Shown one piece after another: positions 27,881 to 37,932 of a stretch of 64,000 bases of DNA. The notes below the pieces were generated by a model. The model made no database searches and was not told the DNA's origin. It was given only the letters and a program-made list of their open reading frames with translations. The stretch comes from an uncultured delta proteobacterium (lineage in GTDB: Bacteria; Myxococcota_A; UBA9160; UBA4427), in contig CAWGJT010000005.1 in the NCBI GenBank assembly GCA_963822965.1, forward strand, positions 1,952,001-2,016,000, read 5' to 3'. How positions within the stretch are numbered: the first letter of the stretch is position 1; each line of letters starts with the position of its first letter. Both the position numbers and the translations under genes were made by a program.

Positions 27881-28754
27881 ATGTTCGAAGGTGTCCTGAC
27901 CGCCCTGGTCACGCCGTTCCGCGACGGCGCCGTGGACGAGCCGGCGCTGCGCGAGCTCGTCGAACGGCAGATCCGCGCCGGGCATCCACGGGCTCGTGCC
28001 CTGCGGCTCGACGGGCGAGTCCGCCACCCTGTCCCACGCCGAGCACGGCCGGGTGATCGAGATCGTGGTAGACGCCGCGGCCGGTCGCGTCCCGGTCGTC
28101 GCGGGGACCGGATCCAACAACACCCAGGAGGCGATCCGGCTCACGCGGCACGCCAAGAGCGCGGGCGCCGCTGCGGCCCTGCTGATCTCGCCCTACTACA
28201 ACAAGCCGACCCAGGCGGGCATCCTCGCCCACTACGAGGCGGTGGCGCGGGCATGCGAGCTGCCCCTCATCGTCTACAACATTCCCGGACGGACGGCGTC
28301 CAACATCCTGCCCGAGACCCTGGCCCAGCTCGCCCACGTCGAGTACGTGGTCGGCGTGAAGGAGTCGTGCGGCAACCTGGACCAGATCGCGCACGTGGTG
28401 GCCCGCTGTCCGGACGACTTCGACGTGCTGTCGGGCGACGACTCGCTCACCCTGCCCCTGCTGGCCGTGGGCGGACGGGGCGTGATCTCCACGGCGGCGA
28501 ACGTCGCCCCGGGCCAGATGCTGGAGCTGGTCGCCGCCTTCCGCGGGGGCGACACGGCCCGCGCGCTCGCCATCCACCAGAGCCTGCTTCCGCTCTTCGA
28601 CGCGCTCTTCTGCGAGACGAATCCGATCCCCGTGAAGGCGGCGCTGGCCATCATGGGGCTGGTGGATCCCGAGATCCGTCTTCCCCTCACACTCATCACC
28701 CAGCCGAACCGCGAGGCCCTGCAGGTGGTGCTGAAGGAGCTCGGCTTCGCATGA
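27881..28754 (+). CDS. dapA: 4-hydroxy-tetrahydrodipicolinate synthase, with a +1 frameshift at about 27980-27982
   Basis: MFEGVLTALVTPF in one frame; PCGSTGES, PYYNKP, YNIPGRT, GVKE and ETNPIPVK in another. Removing one G from GGG restores AGIHGLVPCGSTGE. Confidence 0.9.
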
Positions 28755-29541
28755 GCACGGCGCGCGTCGCGGTGGTGTCGGCGCCCTGGGGCGCATGGGC
28801 GAAATGGTGCGCCAGGCGATCGCGAGGCACCCCGGCCTCGTGGTCGGCGGCGCGCTCGAGCGCCCGGGGCATCCGCAGCTCGGCAGCGAGGTGGACGGCG
28901 TCCGCCTCACCGACGACCCGGCCGAAGCGTTCTCGGGCTGCGACGTCGTGATCGACTTCTCGCTCCCCGCGTCGACCCTCGCCAACCTGAAGATCGCGGC
29001 GGACGCCGGCGTCGCCTACGTGACCGGCACCACGGGCGTCGACGCCGCCGGGCTCGAGCAGATTCGGAAGCTGGCCGAGCGGGTGCCCGTGGTGCACGCG
29101 CCGAACTTCTCCCTGGCGGTCAACGTCCTGGCGTGGCTGGTGCAGGCGGCCGCGGCGAAGCTCGGCGGCGGCTTCGACGCCGAGATCTTCGAGCTGCACC
29201 ACAGCGCCAAGCGCGACGCGCCGAGCGGCACGGCCCTGCGCCTCGCGGAGGCCGTGGCCCGGGGTCGGGGCGAGCAGCTCGACGAGCACCTGCTGCTCGA
29301 GCGGGCGGGGGACATCGGTCCCCGCCCCGAGGGCGCCATCGGCGTTCAGGCCCTGCGAGGCGGCGACAACCCGGGCGAGCACACGGTCCTCTTCGTCGGC
29401 CGAGGCGAGCGGGTGGAGCTGGTCCACCGCTCCGCGACCCGGGAGCACTTCGCCGAGGGTGCGGTGCGCGCCGCGCACTGGCTGGTTGGCCGCGAGCCCG
29501 GCCTCTACCCTGTGGAGGAGATCTTCGGCCTGAAGGAGTGA
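28751..29541 (+). CDS. dapB: 4-hydroxy-tetrahydrodipicolinate reductase, with a 2-bp frameshift at about 28775
   Basis: Removing GT restores MSTARVAVVGALGRMG. VIDFS, GTTG, ELHHSAKRDAPSGTA, GEHTV. Confidence 0.9.
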
Positions 29542-29545
29542 AGAC

Positions 29546-30748
29546 GTGCCCGGATCCGCCCCTGCTGTCTCTTCGGTCCCCGGTAGCGCGCGCTTCGTCT
29601 ACGACCCGGCCGAGCCGAGCTTTCACGAGCAGGCCCACGAGATCTACCGCGTGCTGCGCGACGAGCATCCGGTCTACCACCACGCCGCCGGGGACTGGTG
29701 GGCGCTCTCGCGCTTCGAGGACGTGCGCCGGGCGGCGAACGATCCCGCCACCTTCTCGTCCGAGAACACGTCGATCGCCGTCGGCCTGCTGCCCCAGATC
29801 CAGAGCGTCGACCCGCCCTACCACGACGCCCTGCGCGGCCTGGTGAACACCGCGTTCACCCGCTCGCGCGTGGCCGCCATGGAGCCGCGCATCCGCGAGA
29901 TCGCCCGGGAGCTCGTCGACCGCTTCGCAGCGCGCGGCACCTGCGATCTGCTCCGCGACTACGCGCGGCACCTGCCGAGTCTCGTCATCGGCGAGATGAT
30001 CGGCGTCCCCGCCGAACGCCGGGAGACCTTCCTGCACTGGACCGAGGCCATGGTCGCGGCCACCCCCGGAAAGACCCAGAGCGAGAACGTCAGGCACCCG
30101 GCCGTCGGCATCTACCAGGAGTTCACGAAGCTGCTCGAGGAGCGACGGGCCGAACGCCGGGACGACCTCATGAGCGCACTGATCGACACGGAGCTCGACG
30201 GTCGCCGGCTCACCCAGGAAGAGCTGCTCGGCTTCTGCTTCGTCCTGATCGTGGCGGGCAACGACACCACCACGAATCTGATCGCGAACGGTGCGGTGCT
30301 GCTGGCGCGCCACCCGGACCAGCGTGAGCGGCTCGTCCAGCAGCCCGGGGGCATGGAGCGCGCCGTCGACGAAATGCTGCGCTACGAGTCGCCCGCCCAG
30401 GCGCTACCGCGCATCACCACCCGCGACGTCGAGGTCCACGGGGTGACCATCCCGAAGGGCCGCGAGGTGAAGCTGGTGTTCGGCGCGGCAAACCGGGACG
30501 AGCGCGAGTTCCCGCAGCCCGACCGATTCGACGTGGACCGGGTGATCCCGCGGCACCTGGCCTTCGGCCAGGGCATCCACTACTGCCTGGGCGCCAAGCT
30601 GGCACGGCTGGAGGCCCGGGTGGCCCTGGAAGAGCTGCTGGCCCGCATCCCCGACTACACGCTGGACGGTACCCCGCGCTGGCTGACCTCCGTGTGGGCG
30701 CGCGCGTACGCGGGCGTGCCCGTGCGCTTCGAGCCGGCTCGCGCCTGA
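29546..30748 (+). CDS. cytochrome P450
   Basis: DPPYH, AGNDTT, EMLR, HLAFGQGIHYCLGA. Confidence 0.95.
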   Translation: MPGSAPAVSSVPGSARFVYDPAEPSFHEQAHEIYRVLRDEHPVYHHAAGDWWALSRFEDVRRAANDPATFSSENTSIAVGLLPQIQSVDPPYHDALRGLVNTAFTRSRVAAMEPRIREIARELVDRFAARGTCDLLRDYARHLPSLVIGEMIGVPAERRETFLHWTEAMVAATPGKTQSENVRHPAVGIYQEFTKLLEERRAERRDDLMSALIDTELDGRRLTQEELLGFCFVLIVAGNDTTTNLIANGAVLLARHPDQRERLVQQPGGMERAVDEMLRYESPAQALPRITTRDVEVHGVTIPKGREVKLVFGAANRDEREFPQPDRFDVDRVIPRHLAFGQGIHYCLGAKLARLEARVALEELLARIPDYTLDGTPRWLTSVWARAYAGVPVRFEPARA

Positions 30749-30753
30749 CCCGG

Positions 30754-31707
30754 ATGGGGCTCCTCGACGGAAAGGTGGCGATCGTCACCGGCACCAGCCG
30801 TGGAATCGGCGTGGAGATCGCCCGGCGCCTGCTCGAGGAGGGGGCCTGCGTGGCCGGCTGCTCGCGGCGAGACCGGGAGGACGTGCCGTTCCTCGCCGGT
30901 GTGGAGACCCCGGGCCCCGAGGCCGCCGAGCGGGCCGTCCACTGGAAGTGCGATCAGCGCGACGCCGAGAGCATCGACGCCTTCGTCGGTCGGGTCGTCG
31001 CTCGCTTCGGACGCCTCGACATCCTGATCAACAACGCAGGCGGCACGGTGCCCACCCCCCACGCCGAGGAGGTTCCCGAGCTCGTCGCCCGGATCGAGGG
31101 CTCCGAGCCCTCGGACGATCCCTTCCTGCGCACGGCGCGCTTCCACGCGTTCTCGATCCAGAACAACCTGATCGGACCACTCTGGTTCGCGATCCGCGCC
31201 TGCCAGGAGATGAAGAAGCAGGACACGACGGGCTCCATCGTGAACATCTCGAGCGGGGCCTCCCACCCGGCAGGCTCGCCCACCCTGGTCTCCTACGGCG
31301 CCGCCAAGGCGGGCCTCAACCACATGACGCGTTCCCTGGCGGAGGAGTGGGGCCCGGGGGTCCGCATCAACTGCCTCGCCCTGGGCGCCACGGTCACCGA
31401 CAACTTCCGCCGCCTGGTTCTCGGGCAGGACGATCCCGAGGGCCGAACCTACTTCCGGAAGATCCCCCTGCGGCGGGGCGGCGAGCCGCGCGAGGTCGCC
31501 AACGCCTGCGTGTTCCTCTGCTCGGGGCAGGCCGACTACATCAACGGCACGACCATCGAGATCGACGGAGGTATGCTGCCCGGCGTCCTCTACGAGCCCG
31601 GGATCCAGCAGATCGAGCGCATGCTCGAGGCCGACGTCGCCCGGAAGGCCGCCCGAGAGAAGGGCGGCGGAACGTCCGGCGCGCAGGGGGACGCGCAGGG
31701 GGAATAG
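30754..31707 (+). CDS. short-chain dehydrogenase/reductase
   Basis: TGTSRGIG, NNAG, NISS, YGAAK. Confidence 0.92.
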   Translation: MGLLDGKVAIVTGTSRGIGVEIARRLLEEGACVAGCSRRDREDVPFLAGVETPGPEAAERAVHWKCDQRDAESIDAFVGRVVARFGRLDILINNAGGTVPTPHAEEVPELVARIEGSEPSDDPFLRTARFHAFSIQNNLIGPLWFAIRACQEMKKQDTTGSIVNISSGASHPAGSPTLVSYGAAKAGLNHMTRSLAEEWGPGVRINCLALGATVTDNFRRLVLGQDDPEGRTYFRKIPLRRGGEPREVANACVFLCSGQADYINGTTIEIDGGMLPGVLYEPGIQQIERMLEADVARKAAREKGGGTSGAQGDAQGE

Positions 31708-31732
31708 TAGAGGGGGTCGGCGGGCCGCGGCG

Positions 31733-32746
31733 TCAGGCGCCACCGGCCAGGCGCGGCGCTGCCTCGGGCCGGACCCTGCCGTTCGCGAGCCCCCAGCGCA
31801 GCACGGCCTCCACCGTCTCCCGCGGATCGCGCCACTTCAGCCCGAGCTCGGCCACCTGGGGCGAGTCGGGAACCGGCCACCAGCGCGTCGCCACCTCGAG
31901 CGCCTCCCGCGTGAAGGGGCCGAAGCTGCGGCCGGTGAGCCCGCGCACCCCGTCCGCCACGCTGGCCAGGCCGCGCAGCAGCCAGCCCGGTGCGCCGAAG
32001 CGTGGCACCCGGCCCCCGGAGACCTCCTCGATCAGCGCCGTCAGATCGTCCCAGCTGAAGTAGTGGCCGGCGGCGATGACGCGCTCGCTGCCGGGTCGCT
32101 CCAGCAGCCGGGCGTTCAGCATCCCGAGGTCCCGCACGTCCACGAACTGGGTGCCTCCGGCGCGGATCGTCATCCGCGTGAAGCCCGTGTGGGCGCGCAT
32201 GGACTCGCTCGCTCCGGGGTCTTCCGGGCCCACGACCCCGCTGGGGTACACGATGTGAACCGGCGCTCCCTCGGCCTGGCACTCGCGCACGTAGCAGTCG
32301 CTCGCCACCTTCGACCTTCCGTAACGGCTGCGGTTCTCCACGAGCGGCAGCCCGGGGACGAGGTGCCCCGCCCGGGGATCGAAGACGGCCGTCAGGCTGG
32401 ACACGAAGACCATCGAGGAGAGGTTCCGCCGGCATCCCTCGCCGATGACGCAGCGCGTCCCTTCCTCGTTGACGGAGAACGCGTCATCGCCTCCGGCACT
32501 CGTCACCGATACCGCGGCCGCGGCATGGACCAGCGCGTCACAGCCGCCCATGACGCGCGTCACCGCCTCGGGATCGGTCATGTCACCCACGATCACGTCC
32601 GCGTCATCGATCCCGAGGTCTCCGAGGCATCGGCGGGCCTTCTCCCGACTGCGCACCAGCACCCGGAGGGAGTGGCCCCGGTCCCGGAGCGCCCGGGCGG
32701 TATGGAGCCCCACGAACCCCGTCGCTCCCGTGACGAGGGCTCTCAT
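31733..32746 (-). CDS. NAD-dependent epimerase/dehydratase (extended SDR, 3-beta-HSD-like)
   Basis: TGATGFVG, HAAA, YGRSK, FVDVRDL. Confidence 0.88.
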   Translation of the reverse strand: MRALVTGATGFVGLHTARALRDRGHSLRVLVRSREKARRCLGDLGIDDADVIVGDMTDPEAVTRVMGGCDALVHAAAAVSVTSAGGDDAFSVNEEGTRCVIGEGCRRNLSSMVFVSSLTAVFDPRAGHLVPGLPLVENRSRYGRSKVASDCYVRECQAEGAPVHIVYPSGVVGPEDPGASESMRAHTGFTRMTIRAGGTQFVDVRDLGMLNARLLERPGSERVIAAGHYFSWDDLTALIEEVSGGRVPRFGAPGWLLRGLASVADGVRGLTGRSFGPFTREALEVATRWWPVPDSPQVAELGLKWRDPRETVEAVLRWGLANGRVRPEAAPRLAGGA

Positions 32747-33390
32747 CCCGCGTCATCGCCCGCGAGCTCTCGCGCCAAGGTGTCCTTCAGGAAGCCCAGC
32801 TCGAGGGTTCGCAGCTCCGGGCTCTGCCCTTCCAGGATCCGGAATGACGCGATGCCGGACAGGACCGCCGCCGCGTAGCGCTGGAGCGCGATGCTGCGAC
32901 GCGGCGAGATGTCTGCGTCATGGAAGAAGCGCGCCCAGATCTGGCCCCAGCTCGGCCCCTGGAGCTCGGCCAGGGAGCCCGCCAGCTCGGGCAGGCTCTC
33001 CTCCGCGGCCGACCAATTGAGCAGGATCTCGAACGTGCAGCGGTAGTGGCGACTCGAGAAGTGCTGCCAGGCGCTCTCCACGAAGGCGGCGACCCGTTGC
33101 TCGAGGGAGAGCCCCGCCACGGGCACCGCGGCCAGGTGGTCGATGAACCGGTTGGTGGAGTCCTCCAGGACCGCCATCAGGATGCCGTGCTTGTCCCCGA
33201 AGTGGTGCTGGACGGCCCCCCAGGTGACGCCCGCTCGGCGCGCGATCTCGGAGGCCGTGGTTCGCTGGAATCCCACCTCGTCGATGCTCTCGTTGACGGC
33301 GGCGATGATGCGGCGGCGGGTCTCCGCCGCCCGCTCGGCGTGGCTGCGACGGACGCGGGGCGGCCGGGAGATCTCCAGATGCTCGGGCAT
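32743..33390 (-). CDS. TetR family transcriptional regulator
   Basis: GFQRTTASEIARRAGVTWGAVQHHFGDK HTH. Confidence 0.92.
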   Translation of the reverse strand: MPEHLEISRPPRVRRSHAERAAETRRRIIAAVNESIDEVGFQRTTASEIARRAGVTWGAVQHHFGDKHGILMAVLEDSTNRFIDHLAAVPVAGLSLEQRVAAFVESAWQHFSSRHYRCTFEILLNWSAAEESLPELAGSLAELQGPSWGQIWARFFHDADISPRRSIALQRYAAAVLSGIASFRILEGQSPELRTLELGFLKDTLARELAGDDAG

Positions 33391-33400
33391 GCCCGGAGAC

Positions 33401-33428
33401 CATATACCTTGCAGGCACAATGTAAATG
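33401..33428. promoter_or_regulatory. probable TetR operator between tetR and cyp51
   Basis: AT-rich imperfect inverted repeat CATATACCTTG-N6-CAATGTAAATG (9/11 match) filling the divergent intergenic gap. Confidence 0.6.
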
Positions 33429-33443
33429 GCTAGGCTTCGCACC

Positions 33444-34838
33444 ATGACGGCAGCCCCCTCTTCTGTGACCTCCTCCGGGAGCGGCCACCCGGGCGGGCAG
33501 GCGCCCCCCGTGCTGTCCCGAAGCTGGCCGGGCCTGGGCCACCTGCTGGAGCTGCGCCGCGCCCCCATCGAGCTCTTCTGGCGGGTGCGCGAGGAGTGCG
33601 GCGAGGTGGGCGAGATGAACTTCGCGGGCAACCGCGTGGTGCTGTTCACCGGCGAGGCCGCCCAGGAGGCCTTCTTCCGCGCGACCGACGAGCAGCTGGA
33701 CCAGGCGGCCGCATACCCGTTCATGACCCCGGTGTTCGGCAAGGGCGTGGTCTTCGACGGCACCCCCGAGCAGCGCAAGCAGGCCATGCGCAACCAGTCT
33801 CTGCGCGACAAGTTCATGCGGGGCCACGCCGAGGTGATCGCACACGAGACCCGGCGCATGATGGACACCCTCGGCGACGCCGGCGAGATCGACCTGCTCG
33901 ACTTCTTCTCCGAGCTCACCCTCTACACGTCGAGCGCATGTCTCATCGGCAGGCAGTTCCGCGAAGAGCTGACGAGCGACTACTTCCCGGTCTTCTACGA
34001 CCTCGAGAAGGGCACCGACGCCATCGCCTACGTCAACCCGAACCTGCCGCTGCCGGTGTTCCGCACCCGGGACCGGGCTCGCCGCCAGCTCGTCGAGAAG
34101 CTGACGGGCGTCTTCGAGCGGCGGCGCGGCCTGAAGGACGACGAGCGCGAGCTCTTCGACATCCTGCTCACCATCAAGAACCCGGACGGCTCGCCGCGCT
34201 ACACCATCGACCAGATCACCGGCATGTTCATCTCGATGATGTTCGCCGGTCACCACACCACCTCGGGCACGGCGGCCTGGTCGCTGATCGAGCTCCTGCG
34301 GCATCCCGACTACGCGAAGCGGGTCGTCGACGAGATCGACGGACTGCACGAGTCCGGCAGCGACATCACCTACCAGGCGCTGCGCGAGATCCCGGTGCTC
34401 GAGGCGGGCATCAAGGAAGCGCTGCGGCTGCACCCGCCGCTCATCATCCTGATGCGCAAGGTCATGTACGACTTCCACTACAAGGGAATCACGGTGCCCG
34501 CGGGCAAGCTCGTGGCCGTCTCGCCGGCGGTCTCGAACCGGCTGCCGGAGTGCTTCCCGGAGCCCGACCGCTTCGATCCCGAACGCTACGGCGAGGGCCG
34601 GCAGGAAGATCGGCAGAGCTTCGCGTGGATCCCGTTCGGCGCCGGGCGGCACCGCTGCGTGGGCGCCGCCTTCGCGATGATGCAGCTGAAGTCGATCTTC
34701 TCGGTGCTGCTCCGCGAGTACACCTTCGAGCTGGCCCAGCCCAGCGAGAGCTACCGCAACGACCACTCGAAGATGGTCGTGCAGCTCGCCCAGCCGTGCC
34801 GGGCGCGCTACCGCCGACGCCGCCACGCGGCGCGCTGA
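33444..34838 (+). CDS. cyp51: CYP51 sterol 14-alpha-demethylase-type cytochrome P450
   Basis: AYPFMTPVFGKGVVFD, MFAGHHTTSGT, KEALRLHPPL, WIPFGAGRHRCVGAAFA, NDHSKMVV, all closely resembling mycobacterial CYP51B1. Confidence 0.88.
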   Translation: MTAAPSSVTSSGSGHPGGQAPPVLSRSWPGLGHLLELRRAPIELFWRVREECGEVGEMNFAGNRVVLFTGEAAQEAFFRATDEQLDQAAAYPFMTPVFGKGVVFDGTPEQRKQAMRNQSLRDKFMRGHAEVIAHETRRMMDTLGDAGEIDLLDFFSELTLYTSSACLIGRQFREELTSDYFPVFYDLEKGTDAIAYVNPNLPLPVFRTRDRARRQLVEKLTGVFERRRGLKDDERELFDILLTIKNPDGSPRYTIDQITGMFISMMFAGHHTTSGTAAWSLIELLRHPDYAKRVVDEIDGLHESGSDITYQALREIPVLEAGIKEALRLHPPLIILMRKVMYDFHYKGITVPAGKLVAVSPAVSNRLPECFPEPDRFDPERYGEGRQEDRQSFAWIPFGAGRHRCVGAAFAMMQLKSIFSVLLREYTFELAQPSESYRNDHSKMVVQLAQPCRARYRRRRHAAR

Positions 34839-34880
34839 CGAAACCGACGCTTCCGACCGAACCCCCACACGAGGACGAGC

Positions 34881-35441
34881 ATGCCTGCCTTCCCCCGAGA
34901 CGAGCTGGAAGAGATGATGCGACGCTGGGTCGCCGCCAACGACCGGGCGGGCGAGACCGGTGACTGGTCGAAGATGTCGGCCTTCTACACCGAAGACGCC
35001 CTCTACACCTGGAACAACGGCGACAAGTGGGAGTTCGCGGCCCGCGGCCGCCAGCAGATCCACGACTGGGTGTTCGGGACCGAGATGGAGGGCCTCGAGA
35101 ACTGGGTCTATCCGTACGTGCGGACGCTCATCGACGACCGCAAGGGCGAGGTCCTGGGCGTCTGGCGTCAGATCGCGCCCGATCGCGATCCCGAAGGAAG
35201 GCCGTACGAGATCGCGGGCACCGGCGGGTCGTGGTTCCGCTACGCGGGCGACTTCCAGTGGAGCTGGCAGCGCGACTTCTTCGACCACATCAACGCCGGC
35301 GCGGTCTTCGGTGCCATGATGCAGAACGGCCAGCTCAAGCCGAAGATGATCGAGCGCATGAAGGCCGGCTCGAAGATGCCCGGCTGGGTGAAGCGCGAGG
35401 ACTTCGACTGGTACGAGACGATCGAGGACCGCGAGGCCTGA
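34881..35441 (+). CDS. NTF2/SnoaL-like protein (Rv0762c-like)
   Basis: FPRDELE..RW..AN, FYTEDALYTWN, EMEGLENWVYPY, GGSWFRYAG..WSWQRDFFD. Confidence 0.85.
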   Translation: MPAFPRDELEEMMRRWVAANDRAGETGDWSKMSAFYTEDALYTWNNGDKWEFAARGRQQIHDWVFGTEMEGLENWVYPYVRTLIDDRKGEVLGVWRQIAPDRDPEGRPYEIAGTGGSWFRYAGDFQWSWQRDFFDHINAGAVFGAMMQNGQLKPKMIERMKAGSKMPGWVKREDFDWYETIEDREA

Positions 35442-35454
35442 CCGCGCCGGCGCC

Positions 35455-37842
35455 TCAGGCCTTCGGTACCTCGAGCACGCCGGCCTCGACGAGCGAGTCG
35501 ATCTCGCCCTCCGGCAGCCCCAGCAGCTCGCGCGCGACCGCTCGCGTGTGCTCGCCCACCTTCGGCGCCTGGAAGATGCGCACGTCGCTCATGCCGCTGG
35601 CCCGGAAGCACGGGCCCTCGAAGGCGATCCAGCCCAGGTCCTGCTGGTCCACCCAGCGCGGATAGCCGCGCGCCTGGAAGTGCGGGTCGGCGAGCTGCTC
35701 GCTCCCCGTCAGCATGGGTGCTGCGGGCACGCCGAACATCTGCAGGGACTGGGTCACGCCGTTCTTCGTGAGCGTCGCGGTCCAGGCTCCCAGGTGCTCG
35801 TCGATCTCGGCCTGGGCGGCGCGACGACCGGCGGCGTTCTCGTAGCCGGGCTTCTTCGTCCACTCGGGGTTGCCGAGCGCCATGCACAGCCGCTTCCAGT
35901 CGTCGTCGTCGCGCACGCTGATCGCCACCCACTGCTGCACGCCCTGGCAGGGATAGGCGCCCCAGGGCGCCCCGCGCTCGCTGCGATTGCCCATGGGCTG
36001 GACGCTGCCCGGCGCCAGGCCGGTTCGCAGCAGCAGGTCGCCGATGATTCCCGTCACGGCCTCCACCTGCGCGACCTCCACGTGGCCGCCCTCGCCCGTG
36101 CGCTCCCGGCGCAGCAGCGCGGCGAGGGCTCCCACCGCCGTGAGCCGGCCGGCCAGGTGATCGGGGAAGATGGACGTCGAGCCCGCCGGATCCTCCTGGT
36201 CGTCGTAGTTCCAGAGATGCACGAGACCCCCGACGGGCTGCGTGCTGGGCCCGTAGCCGATCCAGTCCGCCCACGCGCCGCGCGAGCCCAGCAGCTGGCT
36301 GCTGGCCATCACGATGCGCGGGTTCAGCTCACGGAGCTTCTCGTAGCCGAGCCCCATCTTCTGCATGGCGCCGGTGGAGTTGTTCTCGACCACGACGTCG
36401 GCCTGGGCGATGAGGCGATGCACCAGCTCGAGACCGCGCTCGGTCTTCAGGTTCACGCCGAAGGCGCGCTTCGACGTGCTCGAGGAGGCGAACGACGCAC
36501 TCATCTCCGTCGACATCACGACGCGGATGAAGTCCGGCGCCGTGCGGCTCTCGATCTTGACCACGTCGGCGCCGTACTGGGCGAAGAGCCGGCTCGCCTC
36601 CACCCCCACACCTCCGATTCCGAAGTCGATCACGCGCAGGCCCGCGAAGGGCAGCGCCGGATCCGGCGGCGGTGTGTTCGGCCGCTCCCGCGGCTCGCTC
36701 CAGATGCCGGCAAGGATCTCGGCGTCGTGCTCCCCGGGCTCGGGGGCGCGCGTCCGGTATCCCTGCCGCTCGCCGTCGATCTCGAAGAAGCCCGAGGCGA
36801 TGGGACCCCTGGCGCCCGGCGCGTACTCCGCGTCCACGAAGGTGCCCCGGGACACCAGGTGCTCGTTCGCGAGCACCTCGTCGGGCGAGAGCACGGGAGT
36901 GCAGACGATGCCCCGGCGCTGGGACTCGAAGGCCACCTCCTCGTGACCCATCGTGGCGAAGAGATCGCCGATCATCACCGCCAGCGCGTCGGCGATCTGC
37001 AGGCGTCCGAGAAAGCTCTCGTAGATCGGGTCGCGCAGGTACTCCGGGTCGCCCAGCCACTCCCGCATCGCCTTCCACTGGCGCGGGGACAGGATCACGA
37101 GGCGCACGTAGCCGGTCTTGCAGGCGTAGATCTTGTACATGGGCCCGGAGCCGGCGCGGACCTCGGCGACGTCCTGCCCCCGGGCGCGGGTGAAGCTCGC
37201 GTTGGAGAGCGCCCAGTTGGTCTGCTGGGCGAGCGCCTCGAGAACCGAGAGGTCGATCGTCTGGCCGTAGCCCGTTCGGGCTCGTTGCAGCAGCGCCGAC
37301 AGCACCGCGAAGGCCCCCATGACGCCGGCGATGTCGTAGGCGGGGGTCCCGGGCGGGAGCAGCGGCGGCTTCTCCGGCAGGCCGGCCTGGAACTGCATGC
37401 CGCCCAGGGCTTCCAGGGTGGCGTCGGTGGCCACCCAGTCCCGGTACGGCCCCTGCCGGCCGAAGTCGGAGACCTGCAACACCACCAGCCCGGGATTCGC
37501 GGCCCGCAGTGCAGCCTCGTCGATCTCGCGCGCGGCGAGACCGCCCGGCCCGAACGACTCGACGAGCACGTCGGCCCGGCCCGCCAGCTCCGTCAGCCGA
37601 AGGCGGTCCGCCGGCTGGTCGAGATCCAGCACCAGACCGCGCTTGTTGAAGTTGCGGTAGCCGAAGTAGAGGCTGCGGCCGTCGTGGAAGGGCGGACACC
37701 GGCGAGAGGCGGCACCGGACGGAGGCTCCACGCGGATCACGTCGGCGCCAAAGTCGGCGAGCACGCGTCCCGCCAGCTCGGCCTTCTCGTCGGCCAGGTC
37801 GACGACACGGATTCCTTCGAGGGGTCGCAGGGTCGCGGGCAT
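35455..37842 (-). CDS. family III (CaiB/BaiF) CoA-transferase with two fused domains
   Basis: Two repeats of L.G.RV.D...LA..GADV...E, ADV.VE and AP..GEH. Confidence 0.92.
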   Translation of the reverse strand: MPATLRPLEGIRVVDLADEKAELAGRVLADFGADVIRVEPPSGAASRRCPPFHDGRSLYFGYRNFNKRGLVLDLDQPADRLRLTELAGRADVLVESFGPGGLAAREIDEAALRAANPGLVVLQVSDFGRQGPYRDWVATDATLEALGGMQFQAGLPEKPPLLPPGTPAYDIAGVMGAFAVLSALLQRARTGYGQTIDLSVLEALAQQTNWALSNASFTRARGQDVAEVRAGSGPMYKIYACKTGYVRLVILSPRQWKAMREWLGDPEYLRDPIYESFLGRLQIADALAVMIGDLFATMGHEEVAFESQRRGIVCTPVLSPDEVLANEHLVSRGTFVDAEYAPGARGPIASGFFEIDGERQGYRTRAPEPGEHDAEILAGIWSEPRERPNTPPPDPALPFAGLRVIDFGIGGVGVEASRLFAQYGADVVKIESRTAPDFIRVVMSTEMSASFASSSTSKRAFGVNLKTERGLELVHRLIAQADVVVENNSTGAMQKMGLGYEKLRELNPRIVMASSQLLGSRGAWADWIGYGPSTQPVGGLVHLWNYDDQEDPAGSTSIFPDHLAGRLTAVGALAALLRRERTGEGGHVEVAQVEAVTGIIGDLLLRTGLAPGSVQPMGNRSERGAPWGAYPCQGVQQWVAISVRDDDDWKRLCMALGNPEWTKKPGYENAAGRRAAQAEIDEHLGAWTATLTKNGVTQSLQMFGVPAAPMLTGSEQLADPHFQARGYPRWVDQQDLGWIAFEGPCFRASGMSDVRIFQAPKVGEHTRAVARELLGLPEGEIDSLVEAGVLEVPKA

Positions 37843-37932
37843 GGAGGGCTCCTCGGCGAGGGAGAACACTATAGGCCGCCGGCCCGCTCGGGCCGCCTTG
37901 CTCGCGGGGATTCCTCCGGTAGCCTCCCCGCG

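Noticed and set aside
27881..29541. Programmed ribosomal frameshifting in dapA/dapB
   Set aside because: No slippery heptamer or stimulatory structure at either site. Simple indel error is more parsimonious.
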